Below, in pieces: positions 60,687-64,000 of a DNA stretch of 64,000 nt; the stretch's first letter is position 1, and each line of letters starts with the position of its first letter. The notes under the pieces are model-generated. The model saw nothing but the letters and a program-made list of their open reading frames with translations. It searched no databases and was not told where the DNA came from. The position numbers and the translations under genes were made by a program. The stretch comes from an uncultured Candidatus Rokubacteria bacterium (GTDB taxonomy: Bacteria > Methylomirabilota > Methylomirabilia > Rokubacteriales > CSP1-6), in NCBI GenBank assembly GCA_963762145.1, contig CAVXJS010000011.1, positions 384,001 through 448,000 on the forward strand, written 5' to 3'.

Positions 60687-61978
60687 GTGAGGGCGAAGCC
60701 CGTTGCCAGCCCGAGGGCGAAGCCCGTGCCAACTGAATCCGCGCCCGCGGTCCGGACCATCCTCCACGTCGACATGGACGCGTTCTACGCGTCCGTCGAG
60801 CAGCGCGACCGGCCGGAGCTGCGCGGCCGGCCGGTGATCGTGGGCGCGGACCCGCGCGGGCGCGGCGTCGTGTCCGCCGCCTCGTACGAGGCGCGCCGCT
60901 TCGGCGTGCAGTCGGCGATGCCGATCGGCCGCGCCGGCGCGGCTCTGCCCCGCACGCGCGTGTTCCTCCCCGTCGACCAGGACAAGTACGCGGCGGTCTC
61001 GCGCCAGATCATGGCGATCCTCGGCGACTTCACCCCGCTCGTCGAGCCCGTCTCGATCGACGAGGCGTTCCTCGACGTGACCGGCAGCCGAGGCGCTGTT
61101 CGGCGACGGGCGCGCGGTGGCGCGGCGCGCATCAAGGCCCGCATCCGCGCCGAGCTGCGACCTCACCGCGTCGGTCGGCGTGGCCGCCGAACAAGTTCGT
61201 GGCCAAGGTCGCGTCCGACCTCGAGCAAGCCGGACGGGCTCGTCGTGGTGGCCGCCGGGCGACGGAGGCGGAGTTTCTCGCGCCGCTGCCGGTCGGCCGG
61301 CTGTGGGGCGTGGGCCGCGTGACCGCGGAAGCAGCTCGAGGCGATCGGGTGTCCAGACGATCGGTCAGCTCGCCGCGCTCCCCGCCGAGTCGCTCGCCGC
61401 GCGCTTCGGCCCGGGCAGGCGCGATCTCCACGACGCTGGCCGACGGGCCGCGACGACCGCGCCGGTCGAGCCGTTCGCGGCGCCCAAGTCCATGGGTGCC
61501 GAGGAGACGTTCGGCCGCGACCATCGCGATGCGGCGCGCCTGCACGCCACGCTGCGCGCGCAGGCCGAGCGCGTGGCGCGCGAGCTGCGCGCGGAGGGCT
61601 ACGCGGGGCGCTGCGTCACCCTCAAGCTCCGCTTCGCGGACTTCTCACGATCACGCGCCGGCACACGCGACGAGCCCACCCAGGACGGGCTCGCGATCTA
61701 CCGTCGAGCTCGCGCGCTGCTCGACCGCAGTCCGCTTGCGCCAGCCCGTCCGGCTGATCGGGCTATCGGTCTCCGCGCTGGGCCCGGCGCGGCCGGCCAG
61801 CTGTCGCTGCTCGACGCCGGACGCGCATGCGCCGGGAGCGGCTGGCGCGCGCCGTGGATCGCCTCACCGGGCGCTTCGGCGACGGTGCAGTCCGCTGCGC
61901 CTCGCCGACCAGCGCGTGCGGTCCGCGCCGGCCGCCCCGGCGAGGCGGCCGTTGCCTTCGCGCGTAGCCTCGGGCTAG
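60687..61978 (+). CDS. dinB: DNA polymerase IV (many frameshifts; end approximate)
   Basis: ILHVDMDAFYASVE, SYEARRFGV, SIDEAFLD, KPDG, LWGVG, TLKLRFADF. Confidence 0.85.
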
Positions 61979-62022
61979 ACTCGCTGAACAGCGGTTCATT
62001 CTCGTCGTCGCAGGAGGCAGCC

Positions 62023-62781
62023 ATGGAGCGGCCCATCGCGTACGACAAGCTCGCCCGCGAGGATCGCTTCATCCGGATGCGGGCGCGCGAGGTCGCGCAG
62101 CTCAAGATCGAGCAGGGGCTCGCCCCGTTCCCGGACCTGCTCGCCCGCGAGTCGATCAAGGAGCGCGTGCACGGCATCATGGTGGGCGAGATGCAGGCGA
62201 TGGAAGGGCGCGGGCCGCACCGTCTACGACTTCCCGGACGCGCCGTGGGAGTTCACCATGGACATGGCGCGGCAGGTGTGGGACGAGTCGCGCCACGTCG
62301 AGATCTACCTCCGGCTGCTCGAGCACCTGGGCGGCTACATCGGCGAGTTCCCGGAGACGACCATCCTCTGGCGCTGCGCGTGCGCGGAGGACGCGGCGGC
62401 CCGCGTGGCCGGCGTGAACCGCGGCCTCGAGGGCCTGGCCTGCGACGTGTTCAACCAGCTCGTGCACATCGCGCGGAAGATGGGGGACCCGATCCTCGAG
62501 CGCGCGGTCGACTTCGTGCTGGCCGACGAGATCACCCACGTCCGGATGGGCTCGAAGTGGCTGACCAAGCTCACCGAGGGCGATCCGGAGCGCCGCCGCC
62601 TCGCCATCGAGTTCCAGGAGACCATCGACGAGCGCTTCAACCTGGGCGGTATCCGGCAGCGACGGCGCGCACGAGTGGTCCTGATCTCCATCGCCACCGA
62701 GGCGCGCCGAGCTGGGCGGCTTCACCGACGAGGAGATCGCGCGGCTCATCAAGACCACGCAGCGCTCGGCCGGTCTACTGA
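62023..62781 (+). CDS. Ferritin-like diiron protein (DUF455-like), frameshifted
   Basis: GEMQA, WDESRH, LEGLACD, ADEITH (two ExxH motifs). Confidence 0.7.
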   Translation: MERPIAYDKLAREDRFIRMRAREVAQLKIEQGLAPFPDLLARESIKERVHGIMVGEMQAMEGRGPHRLRLPGRAVGVHHGHGAAGVGRVAPRRDLPPAARAPGRLHRRVPGDDHPLALRVRGGRGGPRGRREPRPRGPGLRRVQPARAHRAEDGGPDPRARGRLRAGRRDHPRPDGLEVADQAHRGRSGAPPPRHRVPGDHRRALQPGRYPAATARTSGPDLHRHRGAPSWAASPTRRSRGSSRPRSARPVY

Positions 62782-62799
62782 GCCGCCCGCTCCTGCCGC

Positions 62800-63785
62800 A
62801 TGACGCACCCGCTCGCGGGATATCTCGAGGTCGACGAGTCGGCGAAGACCGTCCGGCACTACCGCTACGTCGGTCGAGCGGATGATGCGCATCCTGGGCG
62901 GCTGGATGGCGCTGACCCCGGAGCTGTCGGCCAAGCTGCTCATGGGCCGCCACGTCTGGGACAACGCCCAGCACGCGGACGCGTGGGGCAAGCGGCTGCC
63001 CGAACTGCGCGCCACCGCCCAGGTCTCCGAGCCCGCCAACGCGCGGCTGGTCGGCCTTCATGGACGCGGTCGAGGCCGCCGAGCGGCCCGAACAGACCGT
63101 CGAGCGCGTGGTCGCGATCTACCGGGTGCTCAAGCCGCACCTGCTCGCCACCTACAAGGCCCACCTCGCGACCGCCAACGCGGTCTACGAGCCGCCCACC
63201 TGCCGCATCCTCGCGCCGCTGCATCGAGGACGAGCGGCGCCACATCGCGGCGGGTGAGACCGTCCTGCGACATCTCCTCCGCAGCCCGGAGCTGGACGCG
63301 CGCGCGCGCGCCTGCGAGGCGCGGCTCTGGGCGCTGCTCGGCGGCGGGTGGCGTGACCGGGACGGGCGCGGTCAGCTCGGGTGAGCGCGCCGGGGACGCG
63401 CGGGTCGGCGCGCTGAGCGACGAGGCCGCCGAGTTCATCCGCCTCGAGCAGTCGACCGGCACCTGGCCGATCGCGCCCGCGCTCGCCGCGGCGCTCGCGG
63501 GCCTTCGGCGATGCGCTGGTCGCGGGTGACGTGGCCGGAGCCCGGCGCTGGCTCGCGCCCGAGGTGGAGGTGGGCGCGGGCCTGGGGACGAGGCTGCGCG
63601 AGGCGCACGGAAGCGGGCACTCGATCGTCGCGTGCGCGCGCCTCGGAGAGCAGCGCCTGGTGAAGCTCCGCCTCGAGGGCGCCCACGGCGGTCTCACGCT
63701 CCTGCTCCGCTGGGTGCCCACCGGCGCCGACTGGCGAGTCGTCGTGCTCGAGGCCGTCTCCGCTCCCCCCGCGTCGCCCGCCTGA
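62800..63785 (+). CDS. Ferritin-like hypothetical protein with C-terminal extension (heavily frameshifted)
   Basis: [12 protein letters not shown] and EDERRH helical motifs; could be two genes. Confidence 0.5.
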
Positions 63786-63790
63786 TCTCC

Positions 63791-64000
63791 GTGCTGCAGA
63801 GCGTCCTGATCGCCAACCGGGGAGAGATCGCCCGCCGGGTCATCCGCGGCTGCCGGGCCCTGGGCATCCGCGCGGTGGCGGTGTACTCGGAGGCCGACGC
63901 GGGGTGGCCGCACGTCGCCGACGCCGACGAGGCCGTGCTCATCGGCCCGGCCCCCGCGCGCGAGAGCTATCTCGACGTCGAGCGCATCCTCGACGCGGCC
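63791..64000 (+). CDS. Biotin carboxylase domain protein (5' part)
   Basis: [15 protein letters not shown]...AVYSEAD...ADEAVLIGP...SYL. Confidence 0.9.
   Translation, partial: MLQSVLIANRGEIARRVIRGCRALGIRAVAVYSEADAGWPHVADADEAVLIGPAPARESYLDVERILDAA

Noticed and set aside
26810-63785. Many frameshifted genes (lpdA, E2, pdhB, iscS, iscU, hscA/B, second desulfurase, dinB, etc.) as pseudogenes or programmed frameshifts
   Set aside because: Indels hit many conserved genes, rise in density toward the right end, and leave motifs intact on both sides. This fits uncorrected long-read error.
1-64000. tRNA (including tRNA-Sec), rRNA or prophage genes
   Set aside because: No cloverleaf, rRNA-like or phage hallmark sequence recognised by eye; a covariance-model search was not possible.

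Overview
High-GC (~70%) bacterial chromosome segment. Gene content and palindromic intergenic repeats suggest Candidatus Rokubacteria/Methylomirabilota; this is inference. Many conserved genes between ~26.8 kb and the right end carry single-base frameshifts that look like long-read indel errors. Housekeeping content: MFS and peptide-ABC transporters, alpha-glucan phosphorylase, NDH-2, pdxA2/four-carbon acid sugar kinase, TlpA/CcdA, a 2-oxoacid dehydrogenase operon, thrB, dcd, a MoxR-DUF58-vWA-TPR operon, an isc operon plus a second IscS/IscU/cysE block, and dinB. Main results the ORF track misses: (1) Four in-frame-UGA selenoprotein genes (two UGSC-motif proteins, Sec-SelD, a UGPC glutaredoxin), all with a similar SECIS-like hairpin. 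One UGSC protein is fused to an uncharacterised ~345-aa domain that occurs unfused next to the other. (2) A complete IS621-like IS110 element inserted in a REP-like hairpin; all four bridge-RNA guides, the CT core and the circle-junction promoter can be read from the sequence. (3) The isc-operon IscS lacks both the PLP Schiff-base Lys and the PLP-stacking His, and lies near a canonical IscS and a DsrEFH-like trio. (4) A SenB-like glycosyltransferase near selD, an orphan pup, a GalT-like protein with HPY in place of HPH, and many apparently leaderless genes.
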